A stretch of 64,000 bases of DNA from Paragordius varius (GCA_964247055.1 OZ176053.1:4278001-4342000), one strand, 5' to 3'; shown: positions 1 to 14,631, counted from the stretch's first letter. The notes: generated by a model from the letters alone, not told the origin. A program made the numbers and translations.

Positions 1-1352
1 CCAATTTGAAAGTAAAACTTGGCAAGCCCAAGATACCACGCAGCGACAAATCATAAAAAGGGTAATAATATAAGGATAAAATCAGTTACTAACTGCCTTT
101 CAGCGCCGTACTTAATTGACAATATCCTTAAAGATCGATAAAATATATTTTGCAACAAACAGAAAAGAATTTGGTCACAGACACGACTTTTTGTTTGCAT
201 GGGTACTCAACACATGGTTACGGCGCTAACCATGTGCTAAGTTTAAAATCTTGACTAAAATTTAGGAGATAAATCAAAATCTTTATCAAATCCATATAAT
301 CCCATTATCGGCTTCAAAGCCACACGTTATTTTTAAATAGTGGTGAACATAGGGTGCGGCTCTAACTCACTGCTTATTCAAAAAAGCTTTTGACCAAATC
401 TTTATCTTTAAGTGGAAAATATTGAATCTATATGATCTCATAAGCTTTCCGTCAAATCCAAAAAACATTTTATTTAGTGGACTTCTTCCAAGAAACATTT
501 TATTTAGTGGACTTCTTTCCATATGGCCCTACCGAAGAGTTTATATGAGAAAAGAGTTTAACTATCTCTTCATGCATAAATTAGCTAAACTATTATTGAT
601 TATTAAAGGGCTAGAAATTTATTGCCTTTCTATGATAGCAAAACTATTTCATCTTTTTGATGTCATAGTTTTCCCGAAAATTTTATTACCGTTCCTGTTA
701 GTTTTACATGACGGCGGCATATTAAAGAGGGTTTGGGGCTCTATTTAGCGGCTAAAACGCTGTGGGGATAGAAGCACTATTAAATTTATATAAACTCATA
801 TGCGAAAATTGATTTTTGGGTTAGTTCGAATTAAAGAATAAGCCGCATATGTTCGGCGTATTCGTAAAAAAATAATTTTTATTATTGAATTCGGAAGGGC
901 CTACACGTTTTCCGGAAATCAGTCACAAACAGACGATTTTCGGAGACTTTTTTCGAACCCATTTTGCATGGGGTAAGGCTTAATTAAGAGACTAATTTGT
1001 AAAAATGGATTTTAATCATTTTTTTAAATAATGCGCCTAAAAGGTCATTGAATGCATATTAAATATAGTAATATATCATAGATCCTAAAAATAAATGCCT
1101 TTAATAATTTCAACCTTTTATTCGATAAATCACCAGTTAATATACATTTAAGTGAATAATACTTTTTACATGAAAAAAACAATTCAATTAAAAATAATAA
1201 TTATTTATATTGATATAAGTAGAAGTTGTAGTATCAAAAAAGCAAAAAACTAAAATTATCTACAAGTTTATAATAAGATTTCTGGAATTTGAAATTTGGT
1301 CAATGTTTGTTTTCATCACTATGGCAAAATTGACAAGTATTGGCAATAAGGA

Positions 1353-2503
1353 TTATAATTCATCCTTTTCCTAAAAATATAAAAAATTTAAAATTATAAC
1401 TTTTGTTACTAGATTATATAAATAGAATTCTAAAAACAAAACAGGTTATATTAAATGGACATTTACAATGTATAATTTTGAATGTTAATTAATATATTTT
1501 TTAATAACAGAATTAAACAATCTAACATTATTCAATAAAATGAAATATGTCTCTAAATCCAAAAACCATAAAAGGGCTGTTAGATTTTTTGGTAAAAAAA
1601 ATATTTGATCTGCAAAGAGACTTTTTAAGCAAATAAATTTCTATGAATAATAAAAAACATCGTTCTCACACGCACTAAATCAAAGACCGTTTCCCTGATT
1701 TGACATTAGTAATGTTTATACAACTTTCACTCTATTTTTTAACTTTTTTTATATATTACCAAAGATTTACACTAAATAATTAATAATTAAGCGCCTTCTA
1801 TTAATGAACATTTGTGATAAAAAACGCGTATATGTATATTAGTTTATAATTATCGGGCACTTTTCAAATGGTGATTGCCCACACCCCAAAAACGAAATTT
1901 AACAAGCTTCCGAATACATATTGTATTAGATGAAATAAATTTTTAAAATGCTTTTGCATAACATCGAAAAATGCCTGTGCTTTTAGTTTATCAAAGGTTA
2001 TATTAGAGCCAACAACCCGAGGAGTAAGCCGTAGAAAACTTATGTAAAAATCATTCTAGTTTTTAAAATCACATAAAACCGTTAAGATTTAATCATGTAC
2101 CTTGTTAAAGAGTTATTGTGATTAATATGTAAAAGTTGTATTTACCATGTTTGTTAAGGGACTTTTATAAATAAAATTATAATTCTCTAAAAGTTGACCA
2201 GGTACCATGTTATAGAAATTATTATAGAAAAATATCATCTAACGCATGAAAAATAAGGCAAAGGCAAATCTTATATAGTAACCTTTTCGGGTATGGTTTC
2301 TTCATCATCCAAATCTTCAGAATCTTTATTATCCGCGGTATCTTCAGGGCTTTCGGGCTCTTCGCTTTCCCCTTCTTCATCCTCCTCATCTTCGAGTATT
2401 TCTTGTTCGGGTTCAATCTTATGAAGAAATAAAATATATATAGAAATAGGGATACCAAAAATTTTTAAAACGATAAAAAGTACATATGGTTTACGATTTA
2501 CTC

Positions 2504-2539
<36 letters not shown>

Positions 2540-5500
2540 CAATCAACCAAACCGAAAATGGAGTTATGCAAAAACTTCGTCAATAACAATTGTATACTAA
2601 TTTCGTGCTTGTAAGCATTTATCAAATTGTTGGAGTTTATCAATGTATTGTTTTAATAAAAACAGTTATGGAAATACTAAATTATAAATTAAGAAAAAAT
2701 TTAACTATAATTCCCGGTTTATTTTGATTTATTTTGTTTAATAAAGTTTACATATGGCAAAATAAAATTTACTAGATAAAATTTTCCAAAATAATGGAAA
2801 CTTAAATAATATTTTAACAATGGTACCCCAAGATTTATATATCGTTCCACTTTAAAACATTAAAACTATAATATTTCAGAGCGTTCAAGAGTGTGAAAAA
2901 AACCTGTTGATCCCCCAAATCAAAAGACATTTTCATCATGCGTTCCACACGCTCGGCATAACCCTTAGTGTCTGAAAGACTGTAACCAGATCGAAGGGTG
3001 GCTGTTTCAAACAACAAAGTTGCCATATCATTGGCTAAATTGTCATCCGGGTTTGTCTGTTTGTTGCAGAAATTAAGAAATATTTGTGTTATGATAAATA
3101 TATTTTTATAGTGTTGTGTGTGCACCAGTTTTAAAAATTTACCTGTACTCTGCGTAATAATTCTTTGATCAATGGATGTCTAGGATTGATTTCTAATGTT
3201 TTTTTCATGTTTGCATAGTATCTATATTGTTTTGATAGAAATACTTTATAAATATGCCATTAAGTTTAAAAAAATTAAATGTTAAAAACAACATGCAGTA
3301 ATAATAAGCATTCACACAAGTTAGTAATTCGTGCATATAATATATGAGAGCCATGCAATAAATAAGTGGTTAAACAATGTATAAAGTTAGAATTTTTATA
3401 AAATAATTAAGTATGCTAGAAAAGGATGAATACAGAGATTTTAAAAAGTAGATATACCTAATAAATATTAAATTACCATTAGATTTACAATTAATAGATA
3501 TTCAAACAGGTACAGGTAAAAAAATTAAAATAAAATTTAATACGGAGAAAAAGAATGGAAATCGGAAATTTAAAAAATATTTTCATAAAATTTAATTAAA
3601 GTGAAAAACTCTGTATTAGCATCATTAGATTTTTTATAAGCCGATGATTTCATAACGCGTTCCATTGCGGCGTCCCACCCATAAGTTTGAGCCAATAAAA
3701 CGAGGGGACTTTCCTCTAATCGCGAAGATATGGTTATATGTTCAAGATTCTAAGCGAAAAAAGGAATATGCATAGATAATATGCCCCCGATAAAGTTTAT
3801 AGCATGTAAAAAAGTAAAATGGCAATTTTTTCAAATGATATGATTTAAGATAAAAGTATAGCGAATTATCAATTAAAATTATAAAATCAAATATTTATCG
3901 ATAAATGAGTTTTTTTATGTAAAAAATTTGAAAAATAGGAATAATGAAGATTAATTATATTATTATATAGGCGAGTGACAAAAATAAAGTGTATTATAAA
4001 CACGATAGAATTATTTTCATTAAAATTATTGCGAAAACGGCCAATTTTGGAGTAAATAAATTTTATTTGTAATATTGCTCCACATTCGCAATAAAGACAA
4101 GATAATCTCTGGATATAAGTCATGTAACTGTAAAATAAGAAAATTCAATTTATAAATGGCAAATTTAAATGGTTAATCAAAGCAGACGAGAAAATTGTAA
4201 TAAATATCGCGAATGAAACGACAGTAGCGCTGACAAAAAAGTAAACATGATGTCAATTAAAAAATGTAGGGTGAAAAACGGTTTTATGAGGACAACAAAA
4301 GGTTTGAAAAAAATTCAAGATTGAACAAGATAAAAAAATATATGGTTTAACTGACATTTATAAAGCATAATGAATATTTTATTAAAAAGATTATATTCTA
4401 ACCAATACTCCCGCGTTGCGATAAATGTATGAGATGGCGATGAAGCTTTTAAATTATGATATTATTTATGCAATTTAAAAATTACTTCAGTTATATATAA
4501 ATCCGAGTTATGAGGACTTCGTAGTAGAACACACTTTTTATGATATATAATAAATTAGGAATGATCCGGCAAAATACTTTTGTTGCATAGTTCAAAATTT
4601 AAATAAAAATTATTTCGACCGGATTTAGGTTTCATGCTTTAGTAAAACCTTTGCGAATTATTCAATATTAAGCAATATGTCTCTTTGCCCAAAATTAAAT
4701 ACAAGTAACACGTAAGAAATATTCAACAGACATGCAATGCATCATGCTTGTATAATGTTAGTGTTCTCAAATGTTAGAAAAAAGCAAAAGCTAAGTTAGT
4801 ATAATACATGCCCTAAATAAAAGATAAGACAATACATGCTGTCACTGTGTTATACACTTAATTACTCAGTCATAGGGTCATTCGATTTGGCATAAGCCGA
4901 AGATTTCATAATACGCTCCATATTACCGCTCCACCCATAAGTGCTGGCTATAAGGGCACAAGGGGAATCGGCTAATCGCTCAGAAATTTGAGATTTTTCA
5001 ATCTTTTCCGTTCATGTGAACAAAAAATTATCATATTTTTTTATACAAAGTATTTATTTAATGTTTGTTAAAGGTTATATTTTAGTAAAATAAACCTTAC
5101 AATTCAACAAATAAAAATTTCAATTATTAATTATAATATAATAACATTAATACTGTGTATTATTATTAAATTTACAATTTATATAGCGAAAAAAGGCAAT
5201 ACCTTATCCTTTAAACCCTTATCCTTAAGCCACGTCATTAAGGGTTCAAATTTTTTCTCCAAACTTTTGCGATGTTTTTCACTCTTTTTACCCTGGTCTA
5301 GGACCAAACCTTCTTTTGCAACATTCTATGAGACAAAATAAAAAATAATATATTTAGTGTTTATAATAATTAATATTAAATTTTTAATAATAAATATATT
5401 ACAATGAATTTTTTCCCTTCGTATTCGGGTAACGCTTGTATGCAATACTCATCAATCGGTTCAATCATGTACAAAACTTCGTAACCCTTTTTCAGTAACC

Positions 5501-8500
5501 TTTCAACAAACGGGGAATTTTTGACCTGAAAAACATATTATGATAAAATTAATATATCTTTTTTGTAAAAATGTTTTAATTTTTGTTCGTGTTTGCGTTA
5601 AGCGCAAAATAAGCAAAAAAACTAAGTTTTAATTTAGCTTTTACGTCCTGGTTATTTATGTCCATACTACCGTTTTTTTCAATAAAAGCGATTTCTATTG
5701 GCATTAGAGTATGGCGATTTCCACATTTTGCCGGCCAAAAAGTAATTACCTAAAAAAACTTTACCAAATTTTGTATGCTCCATGTTTTTACAAAATAGTT
5801 TGAATTTAAAATGTTGCATTTTAGTCTGGAATGTTAATGACTAATTGTTTTGTTATAAAAAATAATTGAGGTCAAAAAATAGAAACTTCTTTCATAGATT
5901 GCCCAGCTACAAAGTATATGCCGTCCTGTTTTTCTTGCATGCGATCTAAATATTCATCCAGGGATGTAGGATGTGTTTCATTATGCGACGAAGAAAATCG
6001 CAATAATTTAGCCAATCGCATTTTATTACCCGTGTCCTCCACGACACCCAATTTAATGCTATGAAAAAAAAGTTTTTGTGGTTAAAATATAAAAACTAAT
6101 AATATTTATTAATTAAAATAGTTTAAATAATATTTTTACTATATTTTAATATTTATAAATATTTAAATATTTTATAAAAAATTTAAAACGCTATATGAAG
6201 AGAACATATAGATTAGTAATTAGGTAGGTTAGATGTTATAAATATATGAGTAAACACCGAAAACTGAAAATTTTAAATATATATTATTTATATAAAAAAT
6301 AAAAAATTATGCCCTATGCAATATACAGAAAAAAAGGGAGCTGCTCCGTGATAATAAACCATTATAAAATTTATTTATTTAATAATTCTATCGCATTCTT
6401 ATCCAATATACTTACTTTGTGCTATATTCCTTCCAGAATTTGGCATAGTCGGTCGAATTGACAGACATACGTTTTATCATCTCCAAGACTTTTCGAACCA
6501 ATTTTCGTTTTATGACTTTCATTAATTTACTGAGCTGTAATGTTTCACGGCTAATATGGAGAGGCAAATCGTCAGAATCAACAACGCCAGTCACAAAAGT
6601 TAGATAACGTGGCATCATGTCATCAAAATCACTTGTTATAAAGACACGACGAACATAGAGTTTGATATTATCCACTTTTTTATCTAATTATATGCAATAT
6701 GTATGTATATTTTTCATTTTGTTTTCTTTCTTGACATATAAATCATAGAGCGTGGCTTTAAATGGGATGTAAAATTAATTTTAATAATTCTACAACGCAT
6801 TTAAAGACAAAATCAATTAGTTAACTAATGCCTAAAAAGTTTTTTCAAAAAAAAGAAAAATGTTGTATCGATGCTGATAATATAAAGTTTACACTATTTT
6901 GGTTTGGCTTTAAGGTACATCAAAAAATAATGATTTTATTTCGTTATTTATATGCAATGTTTATTACAAGATAGAATGTCATCAAAATTCCTAAACTACG
7001 ATTCATTTTGGCACTTATGTGTTTATAAAAAAACTGACCTAAAACAAAAGTTAAAAAAAACAGATTGTATTTATATCCTTAAACTTATAAACTTATGTAT
7101 GATGTAATATGATTACTGTGATCCAACATATTGGGTGTTGCCGTTTTTCCAATGTATAATACGGCTTTGAAACTGACCTCCCCCTCAGCTACAAAGTGTG
7201 TGTAATTAAGGGGTTCAGCGCTATCTTTAGTGATTGATTTGTAAAAATCGACATATTCTTTGTCTGATATGTCCGATGGTCTAAATGTAGGATAAATATA
7301 TAAAAAATATTTCTTAATATACATTTCTGTTTTGAGAAAATGGTATAGTTATAAGTAAGATATTGATACACAGATATTCGTAGTATCTTAGTCAATTAAT
7401 ATTACTAATTTGTCAATTTCTTTCTGTTTGCGTCAAATATGATCGTATATAAAAATAATTACATTAACACAAGTGTTTAATTTAAATATTATTTAAATGA
7501 CCTATTTTAAGATTATATAATTGTATTAATAATTTAATTGTGTTTTTTACATACTTGCGTGTCCAAATAGGTTTAACGTCATTCATTACATTGTATTCCC
7601 AAACTGTCTTTTCGACCGTTTTTGTTTTCTCTTTCTTGGCGTCAGATTCCTCCTCAACCTATGACAAATAAAATATTTTAAAAGTTATCAGAGAAAATGA
7701 ATCCTACAACTTTATCAAAATTCTAAATTATATAGAGTATTTAAAATTTTATCGCGCTGTAACAAAATTTACCAAAAAACGGAAATTATTCATTTAACCG
7801 TATAAAATTGATTTTAAAACTTAAAATAATAATTTTGTATACTTCAACGTCATCTTTGTCTTTTGCTGGTTTTTCTTCTCTAATCGGTTCTATGGGTTCT
7901 TCAACCTTTTTTACCTTTATATAATAAACATCAAAAATGTTAGATAACCGAAAAAAACAACATGTAAAATCCTGATAAAATATTTATGAAATATTAAAGT
8001 CGAATATAGAGGAAATATTAATTAAATAATTAATTCACTTAATCAAAAAATTATATTTTAAACAAAAATCTTTTGGATATATTACCGTTTTCTGATAAAA
8101 GTAAATAGGGAAATTAATGAATTGACTATATTTTTTGATTAGGTTTATGATGGTGGTATCATCCAAATATTCGTGGGCCTCTTCCTTCAAATGTAAACTG
8201 AATTTTAAAAAATATGATTTATTAAATAAATTAAAATATGTGTAAAATTCGTTTAGTTTATTCTATAAATAAATTAACGGTATGCAAGCGAATCTTAAGA
8301 ATGGATAATTATATAACTTTACGAATTGGAATTAATATTTAACAAATATAATTCGATTCAGAGGTAAAAAATATGCTCATAAATCAAGAAATTATTAAGC
8401 AATTATTATTTTATAAAAAGAACTAGGATCTTAAAGAAACGAAAACCTACATTGTTAATTTAAACATTGAAGAACTAAAAGCATCTATTCAACTTAGAGT

Positions 8501-10045
8501 CAGATTAGAGATGACAGTTATAAAAAGTAAGAAATTTATGATAACTTGTGCAATAATTTTTTTAAAAACCTCAATTAAAATTGTATAAATGTTAGAAAAT
8601 AGTGGATATGATATACCTAACTTGGGTTCCCCGATGCAATGTATTTCCTCTCGGATCTTTAGCAATGTTAAATTGAGTTCCATCCGATTCCCAAATATAT
8701 TGATCGTCATCATTGTGTTTCGATATAACTGCCACCTGTAATAAAATATTTATTAATTCTTAAAATAAGATTGCAAACAACCAATATAAAAACCAAAAAA
8801 ATGGTGAACATTTTACAGTAATAATTAAAGGACTTTTGAGGAACATACATTTTTAATCCTTGTTTTTTATATTAATCTGTATATAATCGTGAATTTGCCC
8901 TAAATGCTTGTTATTGTATAAGATACAAAATAAAAATATTAAATTGATATTGGCTCCTATTTTAATAATTTGTTAAACTGTTTTTACACCAAATATTTTA
9001 ATGCACATTTTCTTTATATAATAAAAATTTAATTTAGAACAAAAGTTAAAGTTTAATATGAAACCCATATGTATAACATTATTTTTTATATGATTTTTTG
9101 GGTCGCGAATTACACTAAAGAGATTATGTAAACTGATCCACTGAATATATATAACAATTGAAAAAGACCTCTGCTAAGGCACACATTAATAATAAAACAA
9201 AAATATATTTTATTTTTATATAAGTAAACCTTATCAGCCACCAAAAAAGCAGAATAAAATCCGACACCAAATTGTCCAATCAATTCATTGGTATCAACTT
9301 TCCCATCAGCCATCTCTTTGAGAAATTGCGAAGTGCCCGATTTGGCAATCGTTCCTGCATTAAAAAAACAAATTAATTCATTATTTTTTAGGAAATTAGG
9401 TTTTATGTACTAATACATACCTAAATTTGATACGAGTTCATTTCGTGTCATACCAATACCAGTGTCAATGATATGAATAACTTTATTTTCTTTATCAACC
9501 TATTATAAATTAAAAAAGAATTAATTAGGTCGCATAAAGGATATTGGTTGGTATAAAATATATTACCTTGATTGTTATATTCAACTCTCCTGGAGATTCA
9601 TCGGTTTTTGTTAAAAACAAGAATCTTATTTTGTCCAATGCATCTGATGCATTTGATATCAATTCTCGCAAAAATATCTTAAATAATATATGAAAATAAA
9701 TACTTCTTTATGTCTATATATAAAATTTATTATTATTTTCATTAGTCTTTGGATTTCAGCGTCAAATGGCAAATTTTTTGCTTCCTTTTTCATTTTCTCT
9801 AATTGTTCTTTGCTAAACTCATTGTACAAAACTTCATCAGAACTAATAAAAAAATTATAATAAAGAGGTTGAATGCAAAGTAATAATTAATATAATCCAC
9901 TGAAAATACTTCAATAAATCATCTTTTGGTGTCAAAACCTCTCCATCCTGAAAAACATCCGTGGAAATATAGGCACCTAAATATCAGAAACTAAAATACT
10001 GATAAAAAGCGTCGAAAATCCAATAAAAAGAATCAAAATTCGCAT
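1353..10045 (-). CDS. HSP90B1: Endoplasmin / GRP94 (ER HSP90), 20 coding exons, ~781 aa, plus one alternative exon
   Basis: Exons (minus): 10045-10000, 9976-9910, 9842-9704, 9677-9567, 9499-9421, 9354-9230, 8735-8617, 8197-8086, 7914-7843, 7658-7555, 7280-7117, 6683-6416, 6058-5887, 5525-5403, 5325-5203, 5002-4866 (or 3749-3610), 3221-3143, 3056-2904, 2417-2283, 1370-1353. All junctions are GT-AG and phase-consistent (2346 nt). Signal peptide [16 protein letters not shown], motifs [55 protein letters not shown], and C-terminal EKDEL*. Confidence 0.97.
3610..3749 (-). CDS. HSP90B1: Alternative (duplicated) GRP94 exon 16[48 protein letters not shown]
   Basis: 140-nt open exon with acceptor tttttcgcttag| and donor GA|GTTTTT. 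Same phases (0 in, 2 out) as exon 5002-4866, and 28/46 aa identical to it. Confidence 0.85.
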
Positions 10046-10139
10046 TGGATATGCTAGCCAATAAAAATGCAAGACGTAAAAATGTGTTTCGGCGAATGCA
10101 AAAATGTAGAATGTGTTTTTTTATTATTACAATCTAGGG

Positions 10140-10195
10140 CAGTGGTATTCAAACCGCGGTCCACGGGCCGCATGCGGCCCTAAAAGTGCTTTTTT
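10140..10195 (+). mobile_element. Solo terminal fragment of the Buster/SPIN-like hAT family
   Basis: CAGTGGTATTCAAACCGCGGTCCACGGGCCGCATGCGGCCCTAAAAGTGC is near-identical to the reverse complement of the 45768 end of the hAT at 43446-45768. No partner end or TSD found. Confidence 0.75.
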
Positions 10196-10755
10196 ATGAA
10201 TAAAAATTTTCACTGATAAATTTTACATGATATTTATTATTATATAGTTTTGATGATAAATTCTGGCTTAATTAAATACGGTACTTTTCTAGTTTTATCT
10301 ATTATAAAATTAGTTTTAATTTAAAAGAAAAATTGACATAGATAGTTATTTAAAAATTTTATTCAACAAAAATAATAATTTGGCACGCTTTTGTTTGTAT
10401 TAGGTATTTTCTTTTCTTAGATCTCATATTCATTTATATTTTAACACTGCATAACCTTTTGCGGTGGTAATATATTTTAGAGTGATTAATTTGAGTATTG
10501 TAACAAGTATTTAAGGTTTTAAGACAAATTCAAAGAATTTAAAAAATTAAATTAAATGTAGATTTGCAAAAGTATCTCAATTTTTTTCTTTATATTTTTG
10601 CTAATGTAAATAGGCAAATAAATGCCTTTTATGATTAGACAATGTAAATAATTAGTTTTAGTAAGCTTTTAGCCTACATACCCGCAAAAACTTTATATAT
10701 ATTGATTTAAACGTCGGATGTTCGTTTCTATCTTTTTGAGCTGTCTTAATTTTAA

Positions 10756-10900
10756 CACTTGGATACAACACATTCCTTTCAGTCCCTTCGATTCAAATGG
10801 GTTTACGCCATGCTTGTTCATTAAATATTTTAAAAAATATCAAATAAATTGAAACATGGCAAATATTTGCACCTTTATAACATTAATAAATCGAAATATG
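10756..10900 (+). mobile_element. Partial copy of TTAA-flanked (piggyBac-like) MITE
   Basis: TTAA|CACTTGGATACAACAC...TTCGATTCAAAT matches the left end of 19870-20401. Right end not found and the endpoint is approximate. Confidence 0.6.
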
Positions 10901-11687
10901 AAAAAAAAATCATTCTAAAATGCAGTGGAAATTGGGGGTAATTTTTCTAGGATATCATTCCTAGCTTAATATGAGCCTTGTGACATAAACATCTCAAAAA
11001 TATAAGAATAAAAAAATTGTCAATGTATTTTTTCTACTTTTTCATATATGGTTGTATTCGGAAAAAATCAATTTATATGCATATTACTTGATCAAAAACT
11101 ATAAAACTCACAAATATAAATATGATTAGATATTTTTTGTAAATTATATTCATTTTGAATGGCTAGATTTAGATAATCTTCAATTTAGTAAATCCAGCTA
11201 AATTTAGCCCTTTGTATGTAACATCAAAACTCGGTGAAAATCAATATAATATGTGCCAAAATTTAAGTTTTATTTTATATACCAATATTAATATTTATAT
11301 ATGATACAATTACATTACCAAGTTATAAGTTTTTGAAATTTTTTATTTTACGAAAATAAAATTAAATTTTTTGTGATAAATTTTTGTTTGATCTTGCCTA
11401 GAGATAATAAAATTTTGAAGCGTCCAGGATGAAACTATAATTAAGCTAGAGTTGCTGTAAATTTTATAAAGGCAATTTACGTCTAATCAAATTGATAATT
11501 TACATTATGTTCTTTGTGTAATATATTTACTTTTGATATACATATAATATATTCACTCTCCTCAATCTAAAATATGTTTTTCAATGAATGTTTTAGAAAT
11601 GAGGTTTTTGAATCTTTGTGAATATAACTTTCATTTGCTATTTTTAGTTTTAATGTTAAATTCTGCCAAGGAATTGGCTACTCTTAG

Positions 11688-13641
11688 ATTATCCATTCTT
11701 TTCTTGGGCCATCGAAAAACAACCTATCTTACTTAGGACATATGACATTCAACTCATTCGAAATCCTAATATTGAAAAAGTCTTTTTTTGCCAAATATTA
11801 ATGATAAAATACCTTAATAAAATGTATATCAACGCCTTTTATTAGATTCAAATATAAGAATTTAAAGAAATGGTACTCGGCAAAAAATTTAAAGGGCTCC
11901 AAAAAATATCTTGTCTCAAGAACCCTGCAACATATTACAACTATTAAAACTTGCAGATATTTATACAAAAAAGTATATCATAAAATTTAATTGGTAATTC
12001 AGGGCCATAAATACGCTTTTAGCGCCACAGTTTTCTTAAAGTTTAATTCTTTCCTGGCCAAAACTGTCTTTTTAAAAAATAATTCAAGAAAAATCACCTC
12101 AGAATTTCTATTTAACATTCGTTCGTCTTCAATTTTATGTATAAAAATTGGTTTTTTAAAAAAAATGCACCAATTATTTTAGGCAAAACATTTAAATCAA
12201 AATTCTGAAGCGATAGAAATGTTCAGCATTAGTGAATTATATAGAAAAAATGTTTTATAAAATCCAAAAGCGTTTTTATACCGTGTCCATCATACCTTGA
12301 AATAGTATAAAGTACGCTTCAAGAAAATTTTACTAAAAATTAGATTTTTGAAAAAAGTATGCATTTTTTAAAATATTTTTAGATACTAAAATTTATCATA
12401 TATTTATAATTTTTAAGCGCAATCTCGGTATTTTTGTGTATAATTTAGAACTAGCCTATTTTAAAATAGCAAAACATTTGGCACTTTCCGAACCCACATA
12501 AAATCACCATTTTTGAATCCTTTTTATATGTTGTTTATAATTTATTGATGTTTTTGAATGAAGGCTCTTTTCATCCAAAAAATTATATAAAAAGTGTACG
12601 TAAATTTTGCCATTTTCTGGGTTAACAAAAGTCTTAATAACTTTTTTAAATTAGTAAGGGTCAAAACCAAAAGCACCATCATAACCCTGATACATCTTCC
12701 CATCAGAATATATGTAATTCATCAAATTATTTATATCCTTGGATTTTGGAGGCAGTGTTATTTAAATATGTTATATTTACAATATCTAAATGTATTTTTG
12801 TATTATAATAAAACATAATTTTATAACTTTGGGAGATCTTATGGATATTTATGCATGTTAAAATAAGATTTTAAGATAATAAACCGTTTAATTAAAATTT
12901 AATCCTTTATCAGCTCACTAATTATTTTATTGCAAAAAAAATAAAATGTCCACATATACTTTTCGTCGATCAAAATTTAATAAAGTTTAGGTAAATAAAA
13001 ATCTTCAGCAGTATCAAATCATATAAAAGTCCATTACACTGTTTCTATCTATTTTAAATTAAGCTTTGATAAAATCCTGCTATAACTTTTTTATTTTTGC
13101 TTTACCCCGCTTTAGAAAGGGGATAATTTGAAAGTTTTATAAAACTTAAAAATCTTTAATAATAATTAAATATGGCTTATTATCTATTTTGAAAATTTTT
13201 GTTGGAATAATACATTTCGCATTGACCAAAATTTTATTATTATAATATGCCCTAATCTTGCAATTTTTTATATGAAATATAGTGATATTTTTTAAATGAC
13301 TTGTTCAAACTAAAATAAGCATTCAAAGTCCGTAGTTTTTCCACAAAAAAAGTATATTTTTTCAAAATATTTTTTTATGTGCATTATACACATATTTAAA
13401 AACATATTTCAATTTTTTCATTCTCTTCAGCTTATGATATGCAATCCTTTGCGTCAACGTCTTGTCAAAACCTAGTATCATTCTTGCGTAACTAAACAGT
13501 ATATTACTTGATTATAATACTTTATTATAATAATTCTTTTAATATTAATTAGGTATGTTTTTTTATAATACTCATTAATGATATTTAAAGATTGAATATG
13601 ATAAATTAGATGCATTAACTGAAATGCTTACTCATTCTAAG
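11688..13641 (+). CDS. Candidate upstream exons of the CEP97-like gene (11688-11779, ~13431-13474, 13591-13641)
   Basis: Open AG/GT-bounded segments DYPFFSWAIEKQPILLRTYDIQLI, YDMQSFASTSCQNL and IEYDKLDALTEMLTHSK loosely resemble the post-LRR cap region of CEP97. 13591-13641 joins 14632 in phase 0. Linkage of the first two segments is not resolved. Confidence 0.35.
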
Positions 13642-14631
13642 GTCTTTGGATTTCAACTTTTATTGGCAATTTTAATCCACCTAACTATATAAATTTTTTA
13701 ATAAACAAAAAATATACGATTTATGAAATTATATCCCATATTTTTAAAATCTTTTACCTTTGTTTATTTACCTTTGATAAATTGATTTAAGACCGTATAG
13801 TATATTAACTCATTGTTAAAACGCTATATTATCTTTTATCTTATCTTTTCATTTATTAGCGGCCGTCAAATCTTTTTATGTTTTTCTTATATTTTTAATT
13901 TTGCTTAAAGCTATTGAAAACCTTCAATAAAACTTATTCAAAAGAATCTTTATAATATTCCTTTGATTTTTCTAATTTAACACAATAAGTATCTTTAATA
14001 TCACCCATTAATATGTGTAAATTTTAATATACTAGTTGGGGCATTAATATGTTGCACTACAGATGGGAATAGTTAGGACTGATTTTATATTTTATCATTG
14101 TATGAAGATTACACTAATTAATTTAACAAGATACATAATCCTAAATTATATAAAATTTTAGTAATAACTCTATCATTTTATTGGCAATATTTTAAAGCAA
14201 ATTTTTTAAAATGCCTGCATGAGTTGTATTATATTTTGATTTTAAAATTATTTTTTTTGGGATTATAACCGCAACATTATTTGCCAATAACATTTCCTTT
14301 TATGGTTCATAATATAGTTTTGATTCGGTTCGATTTCGGCATTTCAACTTTACAAATACCGCTATTTCGATAGAATTGTAAGCAGCCGCAAATGAGAGCA
14401 GCCGCAAAATTTAATGCTCCTTTCTTCCTATAAAATATATGCTCTTATAATTTAAATTAAATAAGGAAATAAGGAACCGTGTAGATCCATGGTTTTTCTC
14501 TGAGTTTCCGGTTCCAATTAATGCTTTTTTATTTTGATATATGTAATTATTATTGGTTGTTTGAATACCGATAACCATTCTATTTCCTTTTAACATCCGT
14601 CCCATATCAATTAGATTCGAATAATTAATAG

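Noticed and set aside
422-748. 108-aa ORF with repeated NILFSGLL
   Set aside because: The repeat comes from a ~30-bp tandem duplication (~465-525). Non-ATG start, no family motif, composition typical of AT-rich non-coding DNA.
10058-10076. ERSE-like CCAAT-N9-AGACG upstream of GRP94
   Set aside because: Only 3/5 match to the CCACG half-site and just 13 nt from the ATG, so it is not supportable.
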